Shown in pieces: positions 63,495 to 64,000 of a DNA stretch of 64,000 bases (position 1 is its first letter; every line of letters starts with the position of its first letter). Both the position numbers and the translations under genes were made by a program. The notes beneath the pieces are model-generated. The model saw only the letters and a list, made by a program, of their open reading frames with translations. It made no database searches and had not been told where the DNA came from. Source of the stretch: Vicugna vicugna (Eukaryota). The stretch lies in assembly GCA_013265495.1 (NCBI GenBank), contig MU057744.1, positions 932,001 to 996,000 on the forward strand, given 5' to 3'.

Positions 63495-63722
63495 AAGAAA
63501 TAAATCCAACCACAAAATAAGAATTAATTCAAAAAGATACATACACCCTGCTATTAACAGCAACATTATTTATAATTGCCAAGACATGGAAGTATCCTAA
63601 GTGCACATCAATAGTTGAATAGATAATGAAGATGCAGTGTGTGTACACACACACACACACACACACACACGTGTATGTGATGGAATACAGCTCACCCATA
63701 AAAAAGGATAGTTTATCATTTG
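63495..63722 (+). mobile_element. LINE-1 ORF2-end fragment containing a (CA)n tract (~63645-63670)
   Basis: aattcaaaaagatacatacaccc...ataattgccaagacatggaag...tggaatacagctcacccataaaaaagga. Confidence 0.7.
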
Positions 63723-64000
63723 TGGCCCTTCATTCTCTCTTTTTTTTCACTTCAAAAACCAGTATTTTGTAACTGGCAGAGACATTTCCGTTACATCAAA
63801 AACAACAAAATACCTAGAAGTAAACTCAATTTCTATTTGCTTTTAAAAAGCATTTGGATACTAGCTGAGGAATGAAGATTTTGGTCTTGATGAAGAATTT
63901 TAGGCAATAGCTAACCAGCAGACCTGGTACTTTGTGGGTGTGGTAGAGGTGCTATCTTCTGGTAACTGTAAAAATCGCAGGTCCCTTTGTAGCCCTGAGA

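Noticed and set aside
1..64000. CRISPR arrays, operons or other prokaryote-type systems
   Set aside because: The sequence is mammalian. No regularly spaced repeat-spacer array was seen, and the direct repeats at 31022 and 39650 have only two copies each.

Overview
Mammalian genomic DNA, most likely camelid (Camelus/Lama/Vicugna), judged from about 12 copies of a tRNA-derived SINE matching the camelid vic-1 family. The window holds two CpG-island promoters arranged head-to-head about 25 kb apart. A minus-strand gene starts near 29.3-29.75 kb, with its first-exon donor at 29241|29240 and an intron apparently running off the left edge. A plus-strand gene starts near 54.45 kb, with coding exon 1 MASADDPLRA-G at 54674-54704 and an intron apparently running off the right edge. 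I could not identify either gene by name. The rest is intronic or intergenic DNA dense in LINE-1 fragments, SINEs (vic-1, MIR), L2, solo LTRs, a truncated ERV and microsatellites. The ORF track is almost entirely chance or repeat-derived ORFs. I found no convincing novel multi-gene system. The most interesting signals are: a candidate recursive (AG|GT) splice site at 26958|26957, a ~705-bp tandem duplication with a hairpin at its junction and asymmetric divergence, LTRs positioned as possible alternative promoters for both genes, twin-primed L1 inversions, and two short unexplained direct-repeat pairs. Repeat boundaries and subfamily names were assigned by eye and are approximate.
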